A stretch of 63,537 nt of DNA, filler included, from Octopus bimaculoides (taxonomy: Eukaryota), in NCBI RefSeq assembly GCF_001194135.2. It is 8 parts of 7 records of this genome, joined end to end, with 100 filler letters (N's around TTAATTAATTAA, not from the genome) between each part and the next. Parts side by side here need not be neighbours in the genome. Positions count along the whole stretch, not along the records: positions 23,659 to 40,838 come from NC_068984.1; 7 more parts are not named here. One strand, 5' to 3'. Made by a program: the position numbers and the translations under genes. Shown here one piece after another: positions 24,658-37,482 of this stretch. Under the pieces are notes generated by a model. That model saw nothing but the letters and a program-made list of their open reading frames with translations. It was not told the DNA's origin and did not search any database. Positions within the stretch are counted from its first letter, which is position 1; the number at the start of each line of letters is the position of its first letter.

Positions 24658-24736
24658 TCCAGAGTACTGTTACTGGATGTCTCTCGTTCAGAGATATATA
24701 AATGATAATTTTCTATTTATATATATATATATAAAT

Positions 24737-26084
24737 AAAAAGTACACATTCAATACAGGACATCACCAACGAGCGAAAAACAAGTAAACACACGAGAGAT
24801 AAGTACAGGACAAAATTCAAAAACATACACAATAAGAACAGAACATCAACAACGAGTGAAAAATACGTAAACACATAACGAGAGGCAAGTATGGAACAAA
24901 ATACCAAAAGAAGTCTAACTCATCCTCAGTTGTCAACTGTTTATTATTCCCTGTTTCGAGCTTTCAACCAGAAGATAGGAAAACTTCATATGATAGCAGC
25001 ATCCAGAAAGTTTTAAAAGATAAAATTAGAGGAGAGTTAGGGCTTCGAACGAACAAACAGCAACAGAATGGATGTACAGAGTAAACAATCGACGAAGAGA
25101 AGCATTAAGGGCTGTTAGGTCAAGATGCATAGTGATGGGTAACACCTGGGAGAAAGGATATAGAATAAATAGAAGAAAATAGTAGAAGAGAAAAAATGTC
25201 GGGAGACGAGAGAAATGAAGTTCAGCCTAATGGCGTCGCGTCCAGAAAAGACAAAGGTGAGAGAAATGGCCTGTAGTCACGTATGAGTAAACAGGGAGAG
25301 GGGAAGGGAACAAGAGAGAAGATGAGGGAAAGGAAGAAAGTAATGAGGAGAAGGGAGAAGGAACGAAAGGTAGCAGGAGTAGAAGAAAAACAGATGGGAC
25401 AGCAAAGAACAAGGGGGTGAAACGGAAAATAAAGAGAATTATAGATGGATAGAGAGAAAGAAAGAAAATAGCGTGTGGAGTCGGAGAAATTATAAAGGCA
25501 TGTAAGAACTTGCTGTGGACAAGGCCGTGTGGCGTTCGAGACGCGACGTCCACCTAGCTGGACGTCATTTCTCTCGCCTCCCGAAATTCTTTCCCTTCTT
25601 GTATTTTCTTCTGTTCTATTTATTCTATATCCTTTCAAAATTTCACCCAGGCGTCACCCAATGTGTCTTGGCCTAACGGCCCTTAATGCTTATCTTCGTC
25701 GTTTCTTTACTCTGTACTCCGTTGCTGTTTGTTCGTTCGAAGTCCTAACTCTCCACAAATTTTATATTTAAAAAAATTCTGGATGCTGTTGTCTTATTAA
25801 GTTTTCCTACCTTATCATTGAAAGTTCGAAAAAGTCGAAAACCGAGTTAGACTTCTTTTGGTATTTTGTCCCGTAATTGTCTCTCGTTATGTTTTTACGT
25901 CTGTTTTACTCGTTGTTGATGTTCTGTTATTATTGTGTATTTTTTTTGGTATTTTGTCCTGTATTTATCGCCCGTGTCCTCATGTGTTTTATGCTCGTTG
26001 TTGATGTCCTGTACTTAATGTGTATTTTTTTCATTTATTTATGATCGAATGCCACACAGCCTTGTTCACAGTAAGTTCTTACAT
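24737..26084. repeat. Large foldback (arms 24737-25242 and 25540-26028) with a nested 40-bp inverted pair (25500-25539 and 26045-26084)
   Basis: Matching blocks include caaaataccaaaagaagtctaactc / gagttagacttcttttggtattttg and ggagagttagg.cttcgaacgaacaaacagcaac / gttgctgtttgttcgttcgaagtcctaactctcc. Each arm contains two copies of an approximately 80-bp unit. Confidence 0.9.
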
Positions 26085-26158
26085 TTATTTACACACACGC
26101 AGACACACACACACAAACACACGCACACACACACACACACAACCCCACACACACGCAA

Positions 26159-26198
<40 letters not shown>

Positions 26199-26639
26199 TG
26201 TTGGCACTCCGTCGCTTACGAAGTCGAGGGTTCCAGCTGATCCGATCAACGGAACAGCCTGCTCATGAAATTAACATGCAAGTGGCTGAGCACTCCACAC
26301 ACACGTGTACCCTTAACGGAGTTCNNNNNNNNNNNNNNNNNNNNNNNNNNNNNNNNNNNNNNNNNNNNNNNNNNNNNNNNNNNNNNNNNNNNNNNNNNNN
26401 NNNNNNNNNNNNNNNNNNNNNNNNNNNNNNNNNNNNNNNNNNNNNNNNNNNNNNNNNNNNNNNNNNNNNNNNNNNNNNNNNNNNNNNNNNNNNNNNNNNN
26501 NNNNNNNNNNNNNNNNNNNNNNNNNNNNNNNNNNNNNNNNNNNNNNNNNNNNNNNNNNNNNNNNNNNNNNNNNNNNNNNNNNNNNNNNNNNNNNNNNNNN
26601 NNNNNNNNNNNNNNNNNNNNNNNNNNNNNNNNNNNNNNN

Positions 26640-26697
<58 letters not shown>

Positions 26698-26759
26698 CCT
26701 TTATGCACGTATGTGTAAGTATACACATATCCATATATAAATATTTATTTGTATACGAA

Positions 26760-27477
26760 TACAAATGGCGTTCATTAAAGATTTCTCCTTTGCATCATTA
26801 TCAGTCCTTCTCTAGACAGCCCTCGTCAATGGTGACACACTTTTCCCACCGCTTTATGCAGCTGTGAAGACCTCGTCTGTAGAAGTCGCTAAGTTGCATC
26901 TGGAGCCAAGACTTTATTTTGGAAATAAGTTCATCATCATCCGAAAAGTGCTTTCCTTTCAAATAAGACTTCATGGTTGGAAACAGGTGTAAGTCAGCTG
27001 GATTTTTTTCCACGAACCTTACACTTATCTTCACTTCTAGGGCTAGGAGCCGAATTGTTATGTGGTGATCCTCTAAAATAGAGGCTTCCACTTTATAGTT
27101 GGTGTCGTCATCAATGGCGGAATATGGTCAGCCAGAAAAAGCAGCAGTTTCCTCCGATGTCCGACCAGATTTGAACTGACGATACCAGCACTTGACTACG
27201 TGATATGATGGTGCATCGCCACCATAAACTTCTTTCATCTCATCGCAAGTATCTTTTGGTATACGACCTTTCAAGCATAAGAACCTGATCACTGATCTGC
27301 ATTCGACTGCTTCCATTATAGCACCTTAGTCCACTTCAGCAGCTGTAAAAGACAAAAGATTACTAGTGGATTCGTGAACTATCACATATGAAGACATGTA
27401 TAAATATACCTGTACAAGTTCCGTTTCCTGCAATAAACGGAAGTGGGTCTGGGTAAATCTTTAATGAATACTCCTCG
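26760..27477 (-). mobile_element. Internally deleted mariner element
   Basis: N-terminus MEAVECRSVIRFLCLKG..EMKEVYGGDAPSYHVVKCWYRQFKSGRTS; C-terminus DLHLFPTMKSYLKGKHFSDDDEL..FYRRG..RWEKCV; both ends share ttcattaaagattt; TA at 27478-27479. Confidence 0.88.
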
Positions 27478-28545
27478 TATATACATAATTTCTATGCGCG
27501 CGTGTGTGTGCACGTATATATGTGTGTGTGAATGGCAAGTATTTGTCTATAACAAATACTTTCTTCCATGTGTTAGAGTACATCAAATAATCATAAAGTT
27601 TCTGTGCTTAGAAGTCTGGATGGGTTTATCTCACTTAACAAACGACTAGAAATTGAAAGGTCATGGAAATTTAAATGAAACGAACTGGTTCAACTCTTCC
27701 TAAATCATTTTACCCTTGCCTGTCGTGTGTATGACATTTTCCACTGGCGTCCATGCAGCATATATGATATATAATATATTCCCTATTTCTTTCAACCACC
27801 TGAGTAACTTGGAACATACGAAGTGAAAGCTTCGTATTATTTAGTAGTTAAGAAAGAAGTGCTAACCCAAAAGAATGAAAATAAGCATGGACATTCGGGA
27901 CAAACTTCTAGAAATTCTTTGGATAGGCAAAGGGTAAATATCTCACTCAGCTGTATTTGAACTTATGCATACATTATCCATTCGCATATACACTCATACA
28001 CGCACATGCACACGTGCATACACTACTTCAAATGTGTGCGTGTGTCGCCTTAACATAGACCACTTTATTTTAATACATTTATCTGAGCATGTATCTTTAT
28101 GCATATAGATATGAATGCTTAAATGTATGTAGTGTGTGTGTGTATGTGTGTGTGTGTGTGTGTGTTTGCGCGCGCGCATATGTATGTAAGAATGTATGAT
28201 TCACTGTTGCTTCAAAGAGTTTGCGCCAAGCGCGACCTTACCTTTCGAGGAATATTTCTGATATGTCAGAGATAAATGTGTGGAAAATACTTTGTCTGCA
28301 CGCTGTTTGCAGGTGCCAAGTTCACCTGGCTGTGCCTGTTCCCACTTTTCAATATCAACTAAGTTTAGAAATTGCGATTCGGTGAAAAATTTAATGGCAG
28401 TCAATTGGTTCAGTCGCTTAGGTCCTCAGTTTCGTGAGAGTCTAACACTACTTTCGCTCATACTTGGAATTTGAAACATCTTTTGGCATCTTATCCATCT
28501 TATCCATCTTATCCAAACGCACTGACATAAACACACACACGCACA

Positions 28546-28591
<46 letters not shown>

Positions 28592-29589
28592 NNNNNNNNN
28601 NNNNNNNNNNNNNNNNNNNNNNNNNNNNNNNNNNNNNNNNNNNNNNNNNNNNNNNNNNNNNNNNNNNNNNNNNNNNNNNNNNNNNNNNNNNNNNNNNNNN
28701 NNNNNNNNNNNNNNNNNNNNNNNNNNNNNNNNNNNNNNNNNNNNNNNNNNNNNNNNNNNNNNNNNNNNNNNNNNNNNNNNNNNNNNNNNNNNNNNNNNNN
28801 NNNNNNNNNNNNNNNNNNNNNNNNNNNNNNNNNNNNNNNNNNNNNNNNNNNNNNNNNNNNNNNNNNNNNNNNNNNNNNNNNNNNNNNNNNNNNNNNNNNN
28901 NNNNNNNNNNNNNNNNNNNNNNNNNNNNNNNNNNNNNNNNNNNNNNNNNNNNNNNNNNNNNNNNNNNNNNNNNNNNNNNNNNNNNNNNNNNNNNNNNNNN
29001 NNNNNNNNNNNNNNNNNNNNNNNNNNNNNNNNNNNNNNNNNNNNNNNNNNNNNNNNNNNNNNNNNNNNNNNNNNNNNNNNNNNNNNNNNNNNNNNNNNNN
29101 NNNNNNNNNNNNNNNNNNNNNNNNNNNNNNNNNNNNNNNNNNNNNNNNNNGTGTGTGTGTGTGTGTGTGCGTGTGTGTTACTCAGCAATTACTCAGCATT
29201 TCTCAACTCTTGAACGAAAGCGCAATTTTTGAAACACGAACATATTTTACAATTACATTGAGAACCTATCTACAGTTCTGCTTGTATGAAGGATCCCCAC
29301 TGTTTCGAAATGTTATATACATCGTGTGGCTGTTGGCGAATATAATGTAAACATAATCGACGCATTATGTTTGGTTAAGATAATAGAGACATAAACTACG
29401 CGTTAATGAAATTTTTGTTTAAATGGCGCATAATTGTATACTTAAAAATAGCCAAAAAAGTTATTATTAACGCAGTAACAGCTTTAGCCAACATCAAGTT
29501 GCACTTTTGGAAACAGAAATAAGCAACTTTTGGTATTAAGACAAGCATGATAGGGAAATAATATTTGCTAAAGGAACGCCAGTTTTTAT

Positions 29590-30068
29590 ATTCCTTTCTA
29601 CTCTAGGCACAAGGCCCGACATTTTTGGAGATGGGTGGGGCAGTCGATTAGATTGACCTTAGTACGCAACTAGTACTTAATTTATCGACCCCACAAGGAT
29701 GAAAGGCAAAGGTGACCTCACCGGAATTTGAACTCAGAACGTAAGGACAGACAAAATACCTATTTCTTTACTGCCCACAAGGGGCTACACACAGAGGGGA
29801 CAAACAAGGACAGACAAACGGATTAAGTCGATTATATCGACCCCAGTGCGTAACTGGTACTTAATTTATCGACCCCGAAAGGATGAAAGGCAAAGTCGAC
29901 CTCGGCGGAATTTGAACTCAGAACGCAGTGGCAGACGAAATACCGCTAAGCATTTCGCCCGGTGTGCTAACGTTTCTGCCAGCTTACCGCCGGTTCTGCC
30001 CTGAACGCAGTGGCAGACAAAATACCGCTAAGCATTTTGCCCGGCGTGCTAACGTTTCTGCCAGCTTG
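29590..30068 (-). mobile_element. Cluster of two tandem SINEs plus a roughly 65-bp duplication of the SINE head
   Basis: Repeated tacttaatttatcgacccc..ggatgaaaggcaaag..ggaatttgaactcagaacg; 29921-29985 is repeated at 30003-30067. Confidence 0.9.
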
Positions 30069-31009
30069 TCACCTTTCTAGTTTTTTCATTCGATTGAGAG
30101 ATTGTGTTACACGGAATAAATAAAAGAGAAAAGAGAAACAGATGCAGAGAATCAGAAATACAGAGAGAGAAGTGAGAAGGTTAAGATAGAAATTAATCTG
30201 GCGTCGATATATGATACGTTTTTGTGAATATGTAGTCATTTAAATTCAATAGGCGATATTTCGAATATCTACACTTGTTTCACATACAAAAGTATCCATC
30301 TCTAGCTATGTCATTCACTCAATTACATTACTTAGTGCATTTTTGTCGATGTTTTTTTTCTACGGCAATTAGCTGTTTTTATTTTGCCAAAGGTGTCATA
30401 TGTTCTTGTAAAACGATTCAATATCAATTCTAGTGCGTATTTCTAATTTTATACTATATCACTTTTCTGATAGTTAGATGTTCAATGAAAGATTTTAATG
30501 CCAGACATAGAAGCTCTGATTTACCTCCTCCACATTATGCTTTTTAACACATAAGCGTCTGCTTTTTGTTTTTTGCCTTGATACCTTTCTAAATGTTTGG
30601 AATATAGATACTTACTTGCAGACGTAACTGCATATCTCGTCAGAGCAATGTAAATGATGCTTACACGCATACCTATATCCATTGCTGAATTATATCTACC
30701 CACTTACTCTGGTATCATCTTACATGCTTCCATACATTATGACAACAAGGACATTCCAATCTTTTTGGCAAGATAAGTCTCCTCAATTTCTCATCGAGTA
30801 CTCAGTTAAACGAATTTATTTCTGTCTTCTTGTTATATTTACTCTTTCCTGCGCATATACACCATTTATATTTAAATTAAAATATTAGGTTTTCTATAAT
30901 AGATATTTCAGTCGTACAAAGTCTTTAGTTTAAACCTGGTGTAGAGGCGAGTGTGTATTAAGAATTTTGCTCTTCAACCGCGTATAAGTGGTGAAAACTT
31001 TTTGGGTGA

Positions 31010-31320
31010 AGAAATTGGACCTCACACACCAGATACAAAAAAAATTATACACCAAAAAAATTTTTCACCACTTATATACACCATTCTATTTTAATAATGG
31101 AACTGCAAACACAATATCCTTATGTATCTCACTTCTATATTTATTTTCTTACTTCCCTCTGTATTTCATGTCTTCTCTACAATAATACTCAAACATTTTT
31201 TCGCACCGTCTTTGATGAAGAGATATATAAAATATCTCGGAAACAGCTGTAAGACTTTCTCTTGATAAATGCTATGAAATCTGTTTACTGCCTTGGTGTT
31301 TTTATCTAATTCAGTCAATT
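31010..31320 (+). mobile_element. PLE-type terminal repeat, family B (solo copy)
   Basis: Colinear with the reverse complement of 17015-17300; carries a hammerhead motif. Confidence 0.7.
31208..31255 (+). ncRNA. Type I hammerhead ribozyme motif with palindromic stem III
   Basis: GUCU-UUGAUGA-a-GAGAUAU-auaaa-AUAUCUC-g-GAAAC-AGCU-GUA/AGAC. Stem I is 4 bp and stem II 7 bp; stem III is AC-AGCU-GU; the core has a C3-to-U change. Confidence 0.75.
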
Positions 31321-31478
31321 TATATATATGCATGCAAATACATGAGCCACGTTGGGCTCCTCACTCGTATCATTATCGAGCCTGGTGCTTAACCATGGTC
31401 TATCCTTAGCACTTACTTAGCGGTTACCTAATAGCTTTTGGGTCTTCCTGAGACCAATACCTTTCATACCCTGTATAT

Positions 31479-31670
31479 GTAAAGTAATGGTTTGTTGCTA
31501 ACTTAATGTGGCAGTTCCAGGAAAGGGAAGAATGCTACTGTTATTTAAACCCAGGAAACACCGTTTCCAGTTGGCTATGTCACACAAGCGTTCTGTGTCC
31601 TTAAGTTTTCAAAGAGGGGAGATAACCACCTCCACCCAGCAAAGCCAGTATCCACAGACTAATTTCAGAG
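31479..31670. mobile_element. Diverged third copy of the 24378-24657 MITE family
   Basis: gctactgttatttaaacccaggaaacaccgtttccagttggctatg. Confidence 0.6.
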
Positions 31671-32386
31671 TCATTGCTCTTCATCAGTCTGGAGTAGCTT
31701 GGCTTGCTAGCTGTCGAGCCTTTGACTCAACAATGACACTACATGCACTGAGTTCATATGAAAATTTATTAAATTTAACCAATATTTTTCAAGCAATGAA
31801 CAATTTTCATCAAAACAATGATATAATTTGTCGACTTGAAACCTATTGCAAACCTGTATAATAAACATGTTTTTGTCTTCCCAATCAGGGGTCAGTACAA
31901 TATTTTTTTCTGTCACCACCATCGACACGACAATTGCCATACATCCACTATTCAGACGTCTGACGCCACCATCATCAATACCTTTAACTTCACCGCCTTC
32001 CCCTCCACCATTATCACCACTGTCTTTCACATCGCTTACTATTACCATTGTGCCTGACTGCTTCAGCTACCACCATCACCACCATCACTGTCGCCTCAGC
32101 TTCTATCACAACTATAGCTTATACTATTACTATCACCCCATTACCATCATAACCGTCAATCTACCGTCAAACTGCCTAATACTACTCTCACCCCAACATG
32201 CAGAATAGTAGGAGTTTCAATGAATAGTGAGAAAGGGGTCGAAGTGTAGCATACTGACACACAGAGATTAGTTTTCGCGTTTATAATATTTACTATAAAA
32301 TATATATGTATACATACATCAAGACCAGTGCTAAATCGATCTTCCGTTTCATCCTTCAAATATTATTATTATTGTTATTATTATTA

Positions 32387-32448
<62 letters not shown>

Positions 32449-33706
32449 GCCATTGGATATTGTTGGCGATGCCAGACGGACTGGCTACAAAGGCCCCACT
32501 CTCATGACATTGGAGCTAGTGGCATTCCGTTACAACTCATCTTCCGGGCCTCGCATGTCACTCCAGGTAGTGCCGTGGCAGAAGAATTTTGGAACATAGT
32601 GCGTGGGGACTCCTTTGACAAGGATATCTCCACCCTAAACAAACTCACGCTATTGGCTGCTTTCTTTTTGATCCAACACTCCCGGCCCCCATTTTCTTAC
32701 AAAAGCTCGACAGCGATTGGGTAAGGATGGTGGGAACAGGTTTTAGTGAAAGTAGAAGCTTCTAGTCCGGACCTGAACGTTGTCAGTTGATGCAAGATGG
32801 TCACCTTCCTGGAACCTGGTGACAACCCAGGGACTCGGTCTGACATCTACGACTAGACAGGCCTATTTGCGAAACCGCTGCTCACCCTCAGTGGGTAAGG
32901 CTCTAGAAAAGGTGGGCTAAATATCGGATGTCTCCACAGAATCCTGACTGTTAAGCCGCATCCAGTGTGGCACCCATTTAAGCGGTCGAACGACAGCAGC
33001 AATTAAATAAAACGAATTAAATTAACCATTGGAACATGGAACGTGCGAACATTCCACGATCCTCAAGACACAAAGAGACGAGAACGTAGAACAGCTCTTA
33101 TCTCCAAAGAACTAGCGAAAATTTAACATCGACGTCGCTGCCCTGAGTGAAAATGTCTATCTAGGGAAGGAGAGACTCAAGAGATACGTTCGGGCTATAC
33201 CTTCTTCTGGAAAGGGAAAGGAGAGAGAAAAAATAACGGAGTCGCTTTTGCTGTAAAATCCAATCTTCTGAAGGAACACCATCTGAAACCTTCTGCCATT
33301 AATGAACCACTACCAATCTCCACTGCCGCCTTCATGACACTGATCTCTGCTTACGCACCTACACTTGATGGCAATAACAATGTGAAAAACACCTTCTACC
33401 AACAGATGAGTGAGCTCATCCTAGATGTACCACCAACTGACAAGCTCATTTTCTTCGGATATTTCAGTGCAAGAGCGGGGAAAGACAACAGATCATAGAA
33501 GAATATTATTAACAAAAAGGAGTCGGAAACTTCAATGAAAATGGACTCTTTTTCCTTGAGCTGTGAACCGAACACTCTATCTTTATCGCCAACACCCAAT
33601 TTCGACTTCAAAATCGCTTCAAGACCACCTGGAACCACCGCAGGTCGAAACACTGGCACCTCTTGGACTACTCCATCATCCGGCAACGAGACAAAAGAAA
33701 CGTCCT

Positions 33707-33710
<4 letters not shown>
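32449..33710 (+). mobile_element. RTE-clade LINE 5' portion: putative 5' UTR (32449-33018) plus APE endonuclease pseudogene (33019-33710)
   Basis: KLTIGTWNVRT..RRTALISKELA..NIDVAALSE..GYTFFWKGK..GVAFAVK..TLISAYAPTLD..GVGNFNENG..KTTW.H.RSKHWHLLDY.IIRQRD. The UTR assignment is inferred from position and higher GC content. Confidence 0.88.
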
Positions 33711-33755
<45 letters not shown>

Positions 33756-34205
33756 GCACACACACACAGTTTAAAGTTTTCATTATGTTTTAAATATGTT
33801 AAATTTCTTTCTACGTCCTTCCTTGTAGATGTTCAGGCTTCTAGTTATTAACCAAATTGATTTAGTTAAATTAAATTAAATTTGGTTGATGTTATACTGC
33901 AAGTAGTGAATTGAAACAATTGTAGGTTTGGTCTTGTCAATGTATTAATAATCTTTTATTNNNNNNNNNNNNNNNNNNNNNNNNNNNNNNNNNNNNNNNN
34001 NNNNNNNNNNNNNNNNNNNNNNNNNNNNNNNNNNNNNNNNNNNNNNNNNNNNNNNNNNNNNNNNNNNNNNNNNNNNNNNNNNNNNNNNNNNNNNNNNNNN
34101 NNNNNNNNNNNNNNNNNNNNNNNNNNNNNNNNNNNNNNNNNNNNNNNNNNNNNNNNNNNNNNNNNNNNNNNNNNNNNNNNNNNNNATATATATATATATA
34201 TATAT

Positions 34206-34255
<50 letters not shown>

Positions 34256-36369
34256 GTGTGTGTCTATGCGAGTTTCAACTTACATACATATGTATATCGC
34301 GCAATTATTAGAAAAGGAAAATATATCAACCTTAAACATAACTAGCTCATATGTAATGAGAATTCCCGGGTATATCTAAATTGTTCGCAGGCGACTTAAA
34401 ATGGAAAGATTTTGTGTAACATATAATTATACTTTGAATGTGCTTTGTGGACACAAGAAAGTTTTATTCTTCCGTATTTCACTGAAGTATCCAGCAAATA
34501 TTATTGTAGAAATGATAATAAATGACTCATTATTTACTGCGAGTTTTCTTTGTATGATGTCAACCTAATCACCAATGTTCATTTCATACTAGACTGATTT
34601 GTTTCGCTTTCCATTTTTATATACGTTTTTATACTACCCCTCGCTTGTCTGATTGACTTATATCCTAAATCTGGTTTTGCTGCTTCAAGCATTTGTTTAT
34701 TATTTATTCGATGACTAACATTGCTTGAAACGTAAGGATTCTTTATTTTGCTGAATACGCGAACTTTCTACGAATTTTCCAACATATAATCATCTTTGGT
34801 CATTACTTCCAGTTACTCCACAAATCACATTTCTTTTTCTTAAGCGAGATAATGACAATTCCTCATAGTAACTGAGGACATTACTTTTGTTAACGCACGT
34901 AATATATAATTTAATAGAACGTTGTCTTTTCTTCACGAATATTGCTTCCCAAAAAGTTACAATATGTTGAAGGCTTAAATAAGCAGCAGCTGTTATGTAT
35001 AATGGCTTGGATAAATCTTATCATTTATTTCACGAAAATTTAATTACAAGAAAAACTACAACATAATGGTTGAGGCAAATTCTGTGGAATATTTACTAAA
35101 TTAGAATACCTTGTATGTTACTTGTAAAATTTAGATCGTTTATAAAAATATTCATTTGAAACTCTGACAGAAAATATATCATTGTTTGTTACAAGTTCTT
35201 AATATTGACGTTTAACTCTCGTCAATATTACAGAATAAAGATCAAATACATTAAACCAATATTGCCTAGTGTCATTTTGTTTTATATGAATTTTCCTATT
35301 GTAAAGCCCATAGAGAGATACCTTCCTCTTGAATTCGTGTTTTCCTGTTTTATATTCTGCATATAAATGTGTTACCTACATATAACTAATTCAAAGATGC
35401 AACTTAAATATTGATGAGAGTCCTAGAACAACAACGAGAGCAACAGTCATTAATTAATATAAGTAACCAGACTTGTTTCTGCATATGGCTGCCATAGTTT
35501 AGTATATATATAAACTGATAAATATAGACGTTTCAACGTATATTGAGAAAATGTAATAGTTGAACATGATCTAGCAAGTTCGATACCATGCGATCAATGT
35601 CGTCATGCTTGGGAAGTTTTTGTTGATCATGGACAGGCAAGGTCGAGACAATTAATTGTGTGAATGCTTCAATTCATCTTCGAAGTACATTCAGTTTCAA
35701 CACAAATCATCCGCACCGACAAGAATGGCAACAAATGTAAAAACCACCACAATATAAACGTCACTACAGTGATTATTATATTTGTCATTTCAATTGGTAT
35801 ACTAATTTTATCATTTTATATTCTATTTGATTAATTGTCCTGTTCCAGTTGTCTGCCTACATCACTTATGAAAACTGAACAATATTAGATAATTTTTTTT
35901 CATATTTTGTTTAAACAGTAAACTATCTTCAACGCAAGACTATTCATTTTACCAAAGTTTATTTCTGCTACGAGAGCACATTTTAATATATTTTTGTTCG
36001 GCAAAGTAATGATAAATGTTTCTTCGGCTTCTCGTCTCTCCCCATATACACATTTGCGCGCGCGCGCGTGTCTGTGTGTGTGTGTGTGCACGTGTGTGTA
36101 TGTTTCTATATATATATTGTAATTTTGCATTAACAAAACAACGCAAGATTCTACATCCCTCCCTATTAGCGTGTTAAATTCAATTATCAGGTAGGAGTCT
36201 GTCAGTTTTGTAAGATGCAACTTTGGCTAAAATGTCTGTGGGTGCATCTCATTTTCTGTAGGTATCGCTGTAGGTATTGTACTGTTAACATAACACTAAC
36301 AGCGGCTACAATGAATCACTCTGTTGTTTGATGAACTGTTCCGGACTGTTCTTTTCGTAGACAAAACAG

Positions 36370-36860
36370 ATCTTGCATCCTATGAGGCCTCCTCCTCCCA
36401 TGTTCCTAGACACCTACATTCTGTCAGTATCGTTTTTGTGGTGTAGTTCCTTGATAATTGTCATCAATTTTCTGGTTTTCCAGCCCATTTCCTCTAGCTC
36501 GTTGTTCATCCACCTAAAAACACCTACGCCATATCACATAAAGGAAACAGTTCATGTGTTCATTGTTCTGATCTTGTCTAATCCATTGAGTCTACTTCCC
36601 ATAATTAATTTGATTCTTCTGAGATAATCTTGCCTAAAACTTTCCTTCAATTCACTTTCACTTGATTTTGTCGTAATAGAGAATCTCCAGATATTTATAT
36701 CCATTTGTCTCAATATCCTTGATTATCTCACTGTTGGATAGTTCTACATCATCAGACGGCACTACTTTGCCTTTTTGTATTATAAGCATGCCACACTTTT
36801 TAGTTCCAAATTATATTCCGATATCCTTGCAGAATACCTGCACTGTTGAAACTAGTCCAT
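36370..36860 (-). mobile_element. R4/Dong-like (RLE) LINE, RT C-terminal fragment
   Basis: DIGI*FGTKKC..GKVV..GYKYLEI..YLRRIKLIMGSRLNG..KTRKLMT..LHHKNDTDRM..RNMGGGGL. Confidence 0.8.
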
Positions 36861-36980
36861 TTATTTTACGTTCGGTCTTCTAAAAGAACTTTAAGTCATC
36901 CATACATAACAGATGATTTAATTTTCTTCCACTTTAAAAAGGTGTACTCCGATATTACATTGGGGAAGTGTCACCTACTC

Positions 36981-37026
36981 GAAAATGGAAAAATGGAAAA
37001 ATGGAAAAATGGAAAAATGGAAAAAT
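36981..37026. repeat. 8-bp tandem repeat (aaaaatgg), about five copies
   Basis: Direct read. Confidence 0.9.
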
Positions 37027-37069
37027 TCCGTCGTATATACATGTGTGCGTGTGTGTGTATGTGTGTGTT

Positions 37070-37106
<37 letters not shown>

Positions 37107-37438
37107 NNNNNNNNNNNNNNNNNNNNNNNNNNNNNNNNNNNNNNNNNNNNNNNNNNNNNNNNNNNNNNNNNNNNNNNNNNNNNNNNNNNNNNNNNNNNNN
37201 NNNNNNNNNNNNNNNNNNNNNNNNNNNNNNNNNNNNNNNNNNNNNNNNNNNNNNNNNNNNNNNNNNNNNNNNNNNNNNNNNNNNNNNNNNNNNNNNNNNN
37301 NNNNNNNNNNNNNNNNNNNNNNNNNNNNNNNNNNNNNNNNNNNNNNNNNNNNNNNNNNNNNNNNNNNNNNNNNNNNNNNNNNNNNNNNNNNNNNNNNNNN
37401 NNNNNNNNNNNNNNNNNNNNNNNNNNNNNNNNNNNNNN

Positions 37439-37482
<44 letters not shown>

